Source of the DNA: Mobula hypostoma | Lineage: Eukaryota | Reading direction: 5' to 3' | Length of the DNA stretch: 64,000 nt | Assembly: GCF_963921235.1 (NCBI RefSeq) | Contig: NC_086097.1 | Coordinates: forward strand, 244,530,001-244,594,000 | Shown: piece by piece, positions 23,401-38,400 of the stretch | How the letters are laid out: the number at the start of each line of letters is the position of its first letter | How positions within the stretch are numbered: position 1 is the first letter of the stretch | Program-made: the position numbers and the translations under genes | The notes under the pieces: generated by a model | Databases searched by the model: none | What the model was told of the DNA's origin: nothing | The model's input: the letters and a program-made list of their open reading frames with translations, nothing else

Positions 23401-26400
23401 ACAATGCCGATAAACTACTTGAGTACTTTCAAATACAAAGTTCTACCAAGTGTTGGATTATATCCCAACAGCAAAAATTCTTGATAAATAATAATTTAAT
23501 ACTTATTTATAGACACAAGAGGTACTGTGGATATTGCAAATCTACAGCAATACACACAATTTGCTAGAGGAGTTCACAGCAGATCAGGCAACATCTTTGG
23601 ATGGGAATAAGGAGTCGATGTTTTGGGCTGAAACCCTTCATCAGGATTTATTTATAGAACACTTTTCACAAAACAAAGTTTTTGACAATGGGATAAAGTG
23701 CAAACATGAAAACAAAAGACAAAAACATGTTGATAAAAGCAAGATTAAATAAATAGGTTTTGAGCTGATGTTTAGAAGTGTCAACTGAGTCTGCATCCTT
23801 TGTAGTTTTAGGTATTGAGTACCACAGTTTAGAAGCGTAAATGAAAAAAAAAGCTGACCTACCAATTATCTTTTGAAACCAAAAGGTGTTTCAATACACT
23901 CGATAAAAGGCAAATAGTTTTATAACATCAATTGATATAAGAGATATCCCTTGATGTTATACAATGCTTTGAAAAAGTATTCAGTCCCCAACTCATTGCT
24001 CACATAAATGAGTTAAACAACCTTGGATTTTAATCAACTTAACTGAGAATTTTTATTTGTGAATCACATGCTTCTCTTCCCCCGCACCCCCCCCCCACAG
24101 TAGAGCCCAAAAAACAGGGAAAAATGCAAAGCACGAAAAACTAAGTCGTCAAAAAGTCAGCAGTTCAAAAGTATTCATATCCCCTTTGCTCAGTACTTAA
24201 TTGAACCAACTCTCGCAGCTATTACAGCCAGTAGTCTATCTGGATAAGCCTCCGTTTGCTTTGTACAACGTGATGGAGCAAGATTTGCCCATTTCTCTTT
24301 GCAAAATTGCTCAAGCTGTGCCAGGATAGTTGGGGAGCAGTAGTGGACAACAATTTTGAGGTCTTGCCAGAGGTGTTCAATCAGATTAACATTAGGACTC
24401 TGACTAGGCCACTCAAGGACATCAATTTTCTTCATTTGAAGCCGCTCCATGGTTGCTCTGGCAGTGTGCTTTGGATTATTGTCCTGCTGAAAGTCGAACT
24501 TCCTCCCCAGTTTTAGCTTTCTTGCAGAGGGTCCCAAGGTTTTATCCAGGAAAAGCATCCCTATAGTATGACACTACCTTTACCATACTTTACAGTAGGG
24601 ATGGTGTTACTTGGCTGATGTGCAGTATTAGATTTTTGCCACATAGTTGCAAAGTCTTTACGGGCAATGAAATACTTTTTTTAAAGCAGGGTTTCTTCCT
24701 TGCCACTCTTCCATAAATACCCTTTTTATGCAAGGCCTCAGAGATTGTGGAGCCATGAACTTCATCTCCAGTTGCAGCCACTGATTTCTGCAGCACACTC
24801 AGTGACTGATGGCGTCACAGACACCTCTCTTACAAGTGCCATTCTTCTCCAGCGACTTAGCTTAGAGAGGCAATGTGGTTGGGGTTTTGTATCTTTTCCA
24901 CTTTTTCATGATGGACTGCACTGAGCTCAAAGGTATGTTCAAGTGCCTTTGAGATGGTCTTGTACCCTTCCATAGATTTATGCTCCACTACTATCATTTC
25001 CTTGACTTGTCTTGAATGTTCGTTTCTCTTCATTTTGTTTTTTTCTGTGAAAATCTACGATACTGTTGGACCTTACAGAGAGACAGGGTATTTATTCAGG
25101 AGATTCTCCAATTTTCTACTTCAACAAATTGGGCGAGTCGGTAAGGTAATATACAGAGTGTAGTTGACTTTAGGGCACTGTTGGAGGGCAATGCCAAGCA
25201 GGAAACATCTTCCTGTAAATCTTATTGCGCCTGAGGAAAGTTAGCATAGTAATTACTAAGTGGATTGCCCAAGCTCTTGCTGCATAAAGCCATCAGACAT
25301 TGCTGATAATCCCATTTGAAGTCCTGGTAGCTTGCTTTTGGATGTACATACATTACTTGCAAATGTTACAATGGAGGCTATATCCCTAAATTTGCCTTTT
25401 CAAAGCATTGTCTCTTCAAACAAGGTTTTGGCATCAAATTTAATATGCACATGTTGAAGTTTCACTGGACTAAATGCTAAGTGGGTCGAACATATTTCCC
25501 ATCATTTTAGCAGACACACAAAGGATAATAGTGTCAGTATTATTTCCCACATTACTTTCATAACTCTATTTAAAATTTTTTTTTTTAACTGAACCCCATT
25601 TCCAACCTTCAGATGACCATCAGTAGGAAGAGTGTGCAGTCTGTCTATCAATTTGCATATCCCCTGAACTGAATAATGAAGTGCCAACAAAAGGAATTGC
25701 CATTCAAGCAGGAAAGTTGGTTCAAATGCAAATTCACAAACTCTGATAGCATATCAGCAACTTTACCAGAGAATCATACAACACAGAAATGTGCTCTTCT
25801 AGCCCTCCTCATCCACAATGCCAACACACGCCAATACCATCTGCCTGCATTGGACTTGTGTCCCACTATGACTTTCTTATCAATGTACTTGGCACATTGG
25901 ATCCTTTAGGAACCCATATCAAATTTTCCAACTTTGGGTAGTGCAATTTTTCTTTCGGTCTGTATCGAACCTGACTATTCCTTTGCACCAACATTTTGGC
26001 TCACTTCCACCCCCCTCCCCCCCGCCAATGCTATCTAGCTTGTTGCATAGTGGTACTACTGTCAACGTACTACACCAACAAAGAAGCATGCGTTGATCTT
26101 AAATGATACTTAAATACTTAGATACTTAAAGTCACTAGACCTCTCCCTATCGGAGATATTACCATTATTGTGGCTATCTGAACTCCCCTATCATCTCCAC
26201 TACCCAAAACTAACTTATTTTCTTCTCCTTCCAGTTCGGATGAAGGTCACGGACAGGAAAGATGAACTGCCTGACCTACTGATTACTTCTAGCAGATTTT
26301 GTTTTTACATTTCTAACACGCAAAGCTGGGTGGGCTGTGAGGATGATGCAAAGATGAAATCGTTAAGTGGGCGAACATGTGGAAGAGGCAGAACATACAT

Positions 26401-29400
26401 AAATGTGAAAGTTATCCACAGGTAGATAAACAAGGGCTGGGTTATCCAAGTGGTGATGGATGTACAAAGGACCATAATTTTACAAGCACGCAAAGCAAAT
26501 ATACAAGCAAGTTAAAAAGGTAAAAAGGCAAATGTTATGTTGGTCTTCATTGCACAAGGTTTTGAGTAAAGATGCAACGCTGCTTTGTTACTATTATTTG
26601 TTACTCTTTTTGAGACCAGTTCAAAGTATTCCAGTTCTGATCTCCTTTCCCATGAAAGAATACAGGAAGTGCAAAAAGCTGTATCAGATTAATTTCTGGG
26701 AAGGCAAGTTTGTTGCATGAAGAGGGATAACTGAATACTGACCAAGTCAGCCAGACATAAGGAAACTAGAACTCAATGAGCAGAAGGCACAACGCAACTC
26801 TACTTTCTTCGAAGTTTGAATAAATTCAACATGTACAAGTTTGATAAACTCCTACAGATGCAGAGGGGAGAGTATCCTTACAGCTGGAACAGGAAAATCT
26901 GGAGAGTGTTGTCACAGCCCAATCCATCGTAGACAAACCCCTCCCCACCACTGAGCACATTTACATGGAGCTCTGCCACAATAAAGTAAGATCCATAATT
27001 AAGTACCACACCATCCAGGCTCTGCTCTCTTCTCGTTACTACCATCAGGCAGGAGGTCCAGGAGCCTTAGGTCCCACACCACCCGGTGCATGAACAGTCA
27101 TCACCCTCCAACCAACAGGCTCCTGAACCAGTGTGGGTAACTTCACTCAACTCAACATTGAACTAACTCAGCCTCAGATTTGAGTACTCTACAACTCATG
27201 TTCCCAACATTACTTTTATTTTCCACAATTTGTCTTCTTTTGCATATGGCTGTCTTTGGTTATGTATAGTTTTTCTATAAATTCCAGTGCATTACTTTAG
27301 TCCAAATGCCTTGATAATAAATTTACTTTGACTTTGATCAGATAGCAGTGAGATTAGAGAGCCCCAACAAGAGTATTTCTGCAGGTATCCCAGACCTGTT
27401 CCAACTTAAAGTTAGGGTAACCTTAGGTGGAGAAAGAAAAATAAGGTAGACAATGATTTGACTGCTCCATCCCCCAGTCCACAACGAGTTAGCGAGAAGA
27501 GTTGAGAGAAGAATTTTAACACAACAATCCATTCAATCACATTCAGTGCTTCAGAGTGAAAATTTAAATCAAATGCCTCTCAGTAAGTAAATGACAGCTT
27601 TTTTAAGTCAAACAAAAAGTTCACAAGAATCTTCCATTTACTGCCTCAATAATCAGTAATAGACACTCAATGGCCACTTTATTTGGTACCTCCTGTATTT
27701 GGCCTTTTCTCCTTGGAGCGACTGAGGATGAGAGGTGACCTGATAGAGGTGTCTAAGATGATGAGAAGCATTGATCATGTGAATAGTCAGAGGCTTTTTC
27801 CCCAGAGCTGAAATTGCTAACACGAGAGCGCACAGTTTTAAGGTGCTTGGAAGTAAGTACAGAGGAGATGTCAGGGTAAGTTTTTTTTTTACGCAGAGAG
27901 TGGTGAGTGCGTGGAATGGGCTGCCGGTGACGGTGGTGGAGGCGGATACGATAGTATCTTTTAAGAGACTCCTGGATAGGTACACGGAGCTTAGAAAAAT
28001 AGAGGGCTACGGGTAACCCTAGGTAATTTCTCAAGTACGTACGTGTTTGGCATAGCATTGTGGGCCAAAGGGCTTTTTTCGTGCCGTCGGTTTTCTATGT
28101 TTCTAGATTCTAAGATTCTCAAACCACCCTATCTGGCACCAACAATCATTCCACGATCAAAGTCACTTACAGCAAATTTCTTCCCCATTCTGATGTTTCA
28201 TCTGAACAGAACTGAACCTGTTGACTGTGTCTGTATGCTTTTGTGCAGGTGTACAGGTGTGCATAATAAATTACCCAGTGAGTATATTACATGAGGTTAT
28301 TTTAAAAAGACACATAATGATGATCATAGTGAATCCAAAAAAGACATACTTAACCACAGCTGGAAACCCTCATAACAATGAAAACAAGTGCAGAAATTAA
28401 TGTTTAGATAGTTATATTTACCAGCAGCCGCTTTAAGGAAAAACACTTCTTGTGCTTGAGCCAACATAATTAGACTGAGAGTTCCAACTGTATCTGGAGA
28501 AATGTCCATTGTTGGCTCGCGATTCAGTGCTGACAACACCGTATCCTTGATATGCTGGAAAACTCCACTGGCAAGCTGCAGCAAAGAGACCAAAGTACAT
28601 TGCTTCATCTATTGTATCATCGAAAGATCCATATAGAAAGAAAAAGGGTTAATTCACATGTGAAGCTATTTGTTTCTGATCCATTATTGGTGACTATAAG
28701 CAATTAGAACTCAGACTTGCCACAGAAAAATCAGTAAGCAACATTTTCTACATCAAAAACAGAGCCATCTGAAACTATTACCCAAAATCAATGTACTGAG
28801 TGCAGGAGATGGGATGTTATATTGAAGTTGTACAAGATGTTGGTGAGGCTGAATTTGGGGTATTGTGTGCAGTTTTGGTCACCTATCTGGAGGAAAGATG
28901 TAAACAAGGTTGAAAGAGTGTAGAGAAAACTTACAAAGATGTTGCCAGGACTGGAGGACCAGGATTACAAGGACAGGTTGAATAGGTTAGGATGTTGCTA
29001 CTTGGAACGCAGAAGACAGAGGGAAAATTTCATGGAGGAACACAAAATTATGAGAGCTATAGACAGGGTAAATGCAAGCAGGCTTTTTCTACTGAGGTTA
29101 TGTGGGGCTACAACTGGAGGTCATGTGTTAAGAGTGAAAGGTGAAAAGTTTAAGGGGAACATGAGGGGAAACTTCTTCATGAGGGTGGTGAGAGTGTGCG
29201 AACTAGCTGCCAGCACAAGTGGTAGATACGAGCTCAATTTCAACATTTAAGAGAAATTTGGATAGGTACATGGATGGCAGGAGTAGGAAGGGCCATTGTC
29301 CCTGTGTAGATCGATAGGAGTAGGCAGTTTAAATGGTTCATCATGGACTAGATGGGCCAAAGGCCCTGATTCTGAGGTGTACTTTTCTATGACTCAAAAA

Positions 29401-32400
29401 CCTTGCAGCTTCTAAGATCATTGGAATTTTCAAGTCAGATTGAAAGATTTTTATTAAATAATATACAAGCGATGGGCCAGCTGATGGTGCAGCGGCATCA
29501 GCACTGGACTTCGAGGTGGATGATCCTGAGTTCGAATCCAGCTGGGTCCCAACCAGGACAGCAGCAGTAACTACATGGAAGAAAGGCCTGGTAATCTACT
29601 TCTGTATCTTGCCACGAAAACCCAGTGGACAACTACACTATCCATAGAGTCGCCATGATTCGACAGCGACTCAACTGCACTTGACAACAACAATAAGGGA
29701 TATATAGTCAACTGAGTAATTACACTTAAGGTCAATCCTGATTTAATTAAGAGACCAGTTTCAAGGAGTCAAAGGTTAATCTGAGTTTGTATTTTGTTAT
29801 TCCTCCAAAATATTAGCCAACCTATGTCATGTAATCAAATGAGTGAGGAACCAGTGTAACACCTGTGGTATACATATGGTTAAATGCAATCCAATAAACC
29901 GCAAATCTACTAATCTCCAGCAAAAATAAAGTACAGCTTCAGTGTATTGCACACATTTTAATCATCAGTCGTGCTTGTAGAACAGACAAGGAACACGGAA
30001 AAAAGCCACTCACTCTGCAGCATAATAGACTAGATGAGCTGAAGGACCTGTTTCAGTGCAGCAGTGCTCTATGACTCAAGACTGTTCTGCCATTTAAAGG
30101 TCACACGTCAGCAACAAGAGATAGTATAAATCATAACTAGACACAGAAAAATGCTGGGATTACAGTAATGAGACTCAACAGATGTGTAGCCCCACCCCCA
30201 ACACTGATAAATCCCACAGAGAAATTCTGAAACATGTGGGTAAATATCTATAAAAGATATAAGCAGGCAAAGAATGTATAGTGTTGTAGAATAGCACTGA
30301 GATAATAACGCAGTGATCTGATGTTCTCGTGAATAAGATGAAAGGCAGAGATATTTGCCATATCTTTACACACTGGTATGTTCTACACATTTGGTAAAAA
30401 TGAACTGAGATCTGATTATGGAATTGGTATTGTTGGATTAGGCTGCTTAATTGTAATTTTTCGTCGCGGCTCAACAATTAAGCCTGCTAGTATTTTTAAT
30501 AACTTCTTAAATACGTGTAACTGTTTAGTACATTCCCTAGTGGCCACAGCATGTATATGTCATTGTTCAGTGTGTCCCCTAGATGTTTCAACTCTTTGTA
30601 TCATTCTGGAAATCTCTAGAAGCTTCTCTGGTTTTGCGTTACTTGAATAAGAGCTATATAAGAGTTGACTCATATCTATGAATATTTAATCATTAGTGAG
30701 ATACAGCGCGGAATAAGCCCTTCGAGCCTTGCCACCCAGCAATCTCCTGATTTAATCTTAGCCTAATCATGGGACAATTTACAATGACCAATTAACCTAC
30801 CAACCTGTACGTCTTCGAACTGTGGGAGGAAACCGGAGCACTCAGAGGAAACCTACCTGGAAAGTGCACAGCCTCTTTACAAACAGCGGAGGAAACTGAA
30901 CCCAGGTTACTGGCACTAAAATAGTATTCTGCAAACTGCTATGCCACCCGAAAATCAAGGCAATTATGGACACCAGGGGAAGGGGCATTCAACCTTTCTG
31001 AAGACAATGGAAAATAAAGATGGCAGAAAAAAGTGGACATAGAACTTATTTTAACTGCAGCCCTGGAAAGGGAAGATGCACTTGATATCTACAACTCATT
31101 TTCGATATTTATTTATTATTTATTATTCTACTGATATATTTTCAGAGTCTGTTGTCTTTTGCACATTGTTTATTTGCCCATCTTTGTTGTGTGCAGTTTT
31201 TCATTGATTCCATTGTGTGTCTTTGTATTTACTGTGAATGCCCACAAGAAAATTAATCTTAAGAGTAGTATATGATAACATATACAGTTGAAGTCAGAAG
31301 TTTACATATACCTTAAACTCAGTTTTTTACAATTCCTCACATTTAATCCTAGAAAACATTCCGTCTTAGGTCAGTTAGGATCACTACTTTATTTTAAGAA
31401 TGTAAATGTCAGAATAATAGTAGAGAGAATAGTAGAAGATTTGTGGGCAGAACTGAAAAAGTGTGTGCGAGCAAGGAGGCCTACAAACCTGACTCAGTTA
31501 CACCAGTTCTGTCTGGAGGAATGGAACAAAATTCCAGCAATTTATTGTGAGAAGCTTGTGGAAGGCTACCCAAGTTAAACAATTTAAAGGCAATGCTACC
31601 AAATACTAACAAAGTGTATGTAAACTTCTGACCCACTGGGAAAGTGATGAAAAAAATAAAAGCTGAAATAAATCATTCTCTCTACTATTATTCTAACATT
31701 TCACATTCTTAAAATAAAGTAGTGATCCTAACTGACCTAAGACAGGGAGTGTTTTCTAAGATTAAATGTCAGGAATTGTGAAAAACTGAGTTTAAATGTA
31801 TTTGGCTAAGGTGTATGTAAACTTCTGACTTCAACTGTATGTACTATGATAATAAATTAACTTTGAACTCTGCATTAATTTCGATGGAGTCTGCCTATCT
31901 GCAAAGTAGTTCAAGTCTTGGACATCAGCCAAAGGCCAGTTGTCTTGGAGTGAGAGGACTGTATGTGGGTGGATGGGAAAGGGGAACAGGGCCTTTTTTG
32001 CTGTTGTTGTTTTGTTGCTTGTTGTGTTCAGACTTGTTCTGCATTGTGTGCATGCTATGTTGGCGCTGGAATGTGTAGTGACACTTCTGGGCTGTCCTCT
32101 GCACATCCTAGGTAACGTAAACGATGTATTTCACTGTATATTTTGGTATCATCATATAAACTTGAATCTTGAATCTTTTTCTAATTATAACACACTAATA
32201 GTTTCTGGCAATTTCTACTGTTTCAACCGTTCAGAATTGTCTAAATACTTCACAACTTTGATAGCTTCTGCTAAATTAAGTTGCTTAGCCGGATGCTTTA
32301 AAACAAGGATTCCCAACCTTTTTTATGCCATGGACCAGTACCAGTGAGCAAGGGCTCTGGGGGCCCCAGGTTGGGAACTCCTGTTTTAAAATCAAACCTT

Positions 32401-35400
32401 TGCATCCTTAAGAATGGCGGAATGTGACTCAACAATCACTTTGAAAGGGCGACAGGCTGAAATATATGAAAAGAAAGTTTGCTAACAGGAAAAAGTGGGA
32501 CTAATTGGAAAGCTCGTATCATCAGCACAAGCAAGTATGCCAAGGACCCTCAGAATAAAATCCAAAAATCTGATAACTTAAAACTGGAATCACTTTAAAT
32601 TTGAGAAAATCAAGATGGAGACAACATCAAATAATACAATAAAGATAAGCTAGTATAAAAGGGATAAAAGCATTAGGAATGCAGATGAAAATCAAACAGG
32701 TGGAGGAAGACTCCTTGGAAAGCAACTTGGGACAGGTTCAATTCAAGATTATTTATCATATAATACATTGAAACATACAGATAAATGTGTTGATTGCGTT
32801 AACAACCAAAACACCCAAGGATAAGTGTTGCCACACATTCTGGTGCAATATGCTCAGCAGAACAACAGAGATCTCAGCAAGAAACAAAACAGCAACAGCA
32901 AAACAAGGCAACACACACAAAATGCTGGAGGAACTCAGCAGATCAGGCAGCATTTACGGAAAAGTATAAACAGTCAATGTTTTGAGCCGAGACCATTCTT
33001 CAGGTCTCCAGGCAACGGTACATTAGTCTTCACTGTGGAAAACACTAGCAGTATGGTAGAAGTTCCAGGAGTCAGAGCACATGAAGTGTGTGAAGTAACC
33101 GTAACTAGAGAGAAGTTTCTTGGGACAATGAAAGGTCTCTAGATAGGCAGGTTACCGGGAACCAGATGGGAACACCCCAGAGTTCTAAAAGAGGTGGTTG
33201 AAGAGATCTTGGAGGCAGAAGGAAGGAAACTATTAGCCAGTTATTCTGACCTCAGTTGTTGGGAAGCTGTTGGAGTTGACTATTAAAGGATGAGGTCTCA
33301 GGGTACTTGGAGACACATGATAAAACAGGCCGTAGTCAGCATGGTTTCCTCAAGGGATCATCTTTCCTGACAAATCTCTTGGAATTCTTTAAAGAAGTCA
33401 CAAGCAGGATAGATAAAGGAGAATCGGTTGGTGTTGTGTACTTGGATTTTCAGAAGGCTTTTGACAGGTGCCACACATGAGGCTGCTTAACAAGCTACGA
33501 GCCCATGGTATTACAGGGAGGATTCTAGCATGGATAAAAGAGTGACTGATTGGCAGAAGGCAAAGAGTGGGAATAAAGGGAGCCTTTTCTGTCTTAGCTG
33601 ACAGTGACTACTGGTGTTCCACATGGGTCTGTGTTGGGATTGATTCTCTTTTCGTTTTATGTCAATGATTTGGATGATGAAATTGATGGTTTTGTTGCAA
33701 AGTTTGCAGGCAACATCCAGATAGGTTGAGGGGCAGGTAGTTTTCAGGAAGTAGCGAGGCTAAAGGAGGACTTGGACAGATTAGGAGAACGGGCAAAGAA
33801 GTGGCAGATAGAATACAGTGCCAGGAAGTGTGTATCATCATGCACTTTGGAAGAAGAAATGAAAGGGTTGACTATTTTCTAAGTGGACAGAAAATACAAA
33901 AATCTGAGACGCAAAAGGAGTAGGAAGTCCTCGTGCAGGATTCCCTAAAGGGAACAAGAATATAAAAGAAAGGATATAATGTTGACACTTCATAAAGCAC
34001 GGATGAGGCCTCACTTGGAGTATTGTGAGCAGGTTTGCGTGCCTTACCTCAGAAAGGATGTGCTGAAACTGGAGAGAGTTCAAAGGAGGTTCACAAAAAT
34101 GATTCCGGGATTGAAGAGCGTCTGATAGTTCTGGGCCCGTATTCACTGGAATTCAGAAGAATGAGGGCTAACCTCATTAAAACCTATCAAATAGTGAAAG
34201 GCCTTGATAAGAGTGGATGTGAAGGGAATGTTTCCTACAGTGGGAGAATCTTAGACCAGAGGACACAGCCTCAGAATAGAGGGGTGTCCTTTTAGAACAG
34301 AGATGAGGAGGGATTTCTTTAGCCAGAGAGTGGTGAACCTGTGGCATTCTTTGCCTTAGCCAGCTACAGAGGCTAAATCTTTATGTACAGTTAAGGCAGA
34401 GGCTGATAGATTCTTGATTGGTCAGGGGCATGAAGGGATAGGGGACAAGGCAGGAGATTGGGGCTGAGAGGAAAATTAGATCAGCCATGATGAAATGGTG
34501 GAGCAGACTCGATGGGCCAAATAGCCTAATTCTGCACCTACATCTTATGGTCTTATAAACAACAAAACAAGTTCCCCGTTCCTCCTTTCCATCTGTGGAC
34601 ATACATATTCCTCTGACCCAGACAGTCTGTATTCTTCAGCCTCCAGCAGATCCGTGATCAGTTGCAGACATGCAGACGTCAGGCGTTATTGAAACAATAA
34701 AAGAAAAACTGAGGAAAGAACAAAATCAATGTTGCAGATCAAGTCCGACAGTCTGCTTACCTGATAATACTTAGCTGCTGATCTGAGCCCTTCATCATTC
34801 TCCAGATTCTGTTCTGATGCAATTTGGCTGGCTAAGGCACCAATATTGAACAAAACACAACTCTTTTCATATCCCAAACTTGCAAGGGCTGGAATCAATT
34901 GCAACAAGAAATATGAGAACGCAGTAGTTAATATCTTCAAAATAATGATCTCTCATCTTCTTGCCTTTTACAGCTGCTGGAATAATGCAAGCTAGGCTAT
35001 GTGACAATCTTTCTATATTTAAATAAAGAGGTACATTAAGATCCGGTAGCAGCAATACAACCAAAATGCTATTACCAAGGCTTTCAGTTAAGTGTTATAT
35101 GGGTGGGTGGGTGGGTGAGAGGGAGGAACGGGGCTTGTTTTGCTGCTATTATTTTGTTGCTTGTTGTGTTCTGTGTTGTTCTGCCGATTATAGAGAGCAT
35201 GCTCTGTTGGTGCCGGAATGTGTGGTCTTACTTCTGGGCTGCCCTCATACATCCCTAGGTTGTGTTGGTTATTAATGTGAACAATGCATTTCACTGTATG
35301 TTTTGATAATAATGTGATATGTAAACCTGAATCTGAAGAATATTAGATTAGATTCAACTTTATTGTCATTGTGCCAAGTGCAGATAAAAGCCAATGAAAT

Positions 35401-38400
35401 GCAATTAGCATCTGACCAGAAGTGCAAAGGAATAGTATTATTTACAAAATAACTGCGAATAAAAAGTAAGTGCTACAGCACACACATATAGAATACTGAG
35501 ACAGTACAATACGGGTGCAATACTGCTCAGCGCTGTGATGTGAGGTTCGGCAGTGTCACAGCCTCAGGGAAGAAGCTCTTCCTGAGCCTGCTGGTGCGGG
35601 AGCAGAGGCTCCTGTAGCGCCTACTGGATGGGTGGAAAGTAAAAAGTCCATGGATAGGGTGAGATGCATCCTTGATAATGTTTTTCGCCCTGCCCAGGTA
35701 GCGTTTATGGTAGATGTTCTCAATGGTGGGCAATTGGGTGCCGATAATATGCCATATTTGTAAATTTATATGGGATTTTTTAAAATCACAGACATATGTT
35801 AATCATGAATCATACTCCCTACTATTCATTTTCATTGACTCTAAATTCCTTTGAAATACAGGCAAACAATTCAGCAGTTAAATTCAATTGCCAAGGTATG
35901 CCAGAAAAAATTAGCCCCACTAAAGGAGATTCTGCCACACATACAATTCTTTGTCTTGGCGGGATAATCACTGCTGGCTACACATGAGTATCAACCTTAA
36001 AGTAGTGAATATTGTAAGTTTACATACTATTAATTTTGGGTTCTTTAAGGCTGTTATAGCCAGGAGTAGTAGTGGGTAGTGAGTAGCTCCCACTACCTAT
36101 TAAATGCTTCCAACGGCGTGTGTCTCAAATAGCTTTTGACAACCAAGTCCAGCTCTTGGCCCTCACAAATGGCTTGGCTAATAAGCCCAACATAACCATT
36201 TCTACTGACAGAAGAAGGGGCAAAGGTTGGTTACTGGCAGCTTAAAACCAGTCACTTTGGACAGATGGGGCTCATCAGCCATGGTTGGCAGCTCACCTAG
36301 GAGAAGAGAAAACTCTGATCTCAAACCTCCACGGCTTATGGCTATACCCACTCATGGGGAAAGCTTCAGGATCAAACCCCAGGAAAAGTCTGGAGCTGGA
36401 GTCCTTAAGGCAGTCCTACATTGAGTTCAATGCTGAATGGCAACTCCTGCAACACCAGTGGTGCCAAACTGTATCTTTGCCATTCCTTTCAGTTCATCAG
36501 ATATGTGGAGAGGGGGAGCTTGCTACATGGGCATCAGCTTGCTCTCCATATCGTACTGCTGTGGCTTGCATAGTGTCCTATGTACTATTAATTTTAATCA
36601 ACAGAGTGATGGGATGTAAATAATAACTCCTGTTATGCTGGAAAGAAATGGATTTCATGGAAATAAAGTGCAAAATTTCTGCTGATAGTTCAATGATAGA
36701 TTGAATATAATGTAATTGAAGAGTAATAAAAAAAGGGTAAAAAGATATATTACTGCCTGGATAATATCACAATAAAAAATTAGGACTTACCAAGTTTAAC
36801 AGATCCTCCAAACAAAGATCCTTTATCAAAAGCATCTTTCCAGGTGAAAGTTAAACAAAGCTTTAAAAAGAAAGTCATAAATTGTTATGTTTCTTGTGCA
36901 ATACAAATAAAAATGTAAAAACTTTCATTACATTCACTAAGTAGATATTTTTCAAACAGAACAAATGCTGGAAATGCGAAGATGAGGTAGCATAGGTTGG
37001 GAGAACCAGTTAATATCAAGTTTTTTTTATTAAAGGTATGTACAGCTATTTAATTGAAATGCTCCATCAATGCTGCAAACTTATTTCCAGCATTTCTGTG
37101 TCATAATGTTCAATATTGTTTTAATTCTTTTTACATATATCTGAATTACCACAGAATTTGTCTCAGTGATTGATGCAATCTACAATGGAAACTCTATAGC
37201 ATTTACAGTAGGTGGAAGCTTTAGAGAAGATGCAGAGGAGATTTACCAGGATGCTCTAGATTAGAGAGGATGTCTTAGGAGGATAGGTTGAGTGAGCTAA
37301 GGTTTTGCTCTTGGGAGCAAAGGAGGATGAAAGGTGAATACATGTGGCTGTATTCATAGATTGCTCACTTCTGCCCATTATACCAATGGCACTTGTGGTA
37401 GCAATGAAGGTCCTCCATCTCTGTCATACCATCGCACAAAGATATAGAAGGGCTCCAGTGCTGTTTCCATAACAATTTTTTTTGACCAATAGACAATAGG
37501 TGCAGAGGTAGGCCATTCGGCCCTTCAAGCCAGCACCGCCAGTCACTATGATCATGGCTGATCATCCACAATCAGTATCCAGTTCCTGCCTTATCCCCAT
37601 TACCTTTGATTCCGCTATCTTTAAGAGCTCTATCTATCTCTTTCTTGAAAGCATCCAGAAACTTGGCCTCCACAGCCTTCTGGAGCAGAGCATTCCATAT
37701 ATCCACCACTCTCTGGGTGAAAAAGTTTTCCCTCAACTCCGTTCTAAATGGCCAACCCCCTATTCTTAAACTGTGGCCTCTGGTTCTGGACTCACCCATC
37801 AGCGGGAACTTGCTTCCTGCCTCCAGCGTGTCCAATCCTTTAATAATCTTATATGTTTCAATAAGATCCCCTCTCAGCCTTCTAAGTTCCAGAGTATACG
37901 AGCCCAGTCACTCCAATCTTTCCACCTATGACAGTCCCGCCATCCCGGGAATTAACCTTGTAAACCTACGCTGCACTCCCTCAATAGCAAGAATGTCCTT
38001 CTTCAAATTTGGAGACCAAAACTGCACACAGTACTCCAGGTGTGGTCTCACCAGCGCCCTGTACAGCTGCAGAAGGACCTCTTTGCTCTTATACTCAATT
38101 CCCCTTGTTATGAAGGCCAGCATGCCATTAGCTTTCTTCACTGCCTGCTGTACTTGCATGCTTGCCTTCAGTGACTGATGTACAAGAACACCTAGATCTC
38201 GCTGTACTTCCCCTTTTCCTAACTTGACTCCATTTAGATAGTAATCTGCCTTCCTGTTCTTACCACCAAAGTGGATAACCTCACATTTATCCACATTAAA
38301 CTGCATCTGCCATGCATCTACCCACTCACCCAGTCTGTCCAAGTCACCCTGCATTCTCATAACATCCTTCTCACATTTCACACTGCCACCCAGCTTTGTG

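Noticed and set aside
30950..31105. Gypsy gag remnant (ELILTA...[10 protein letters not shown])
   Set aside because: Too short and degenerate to support without a search.
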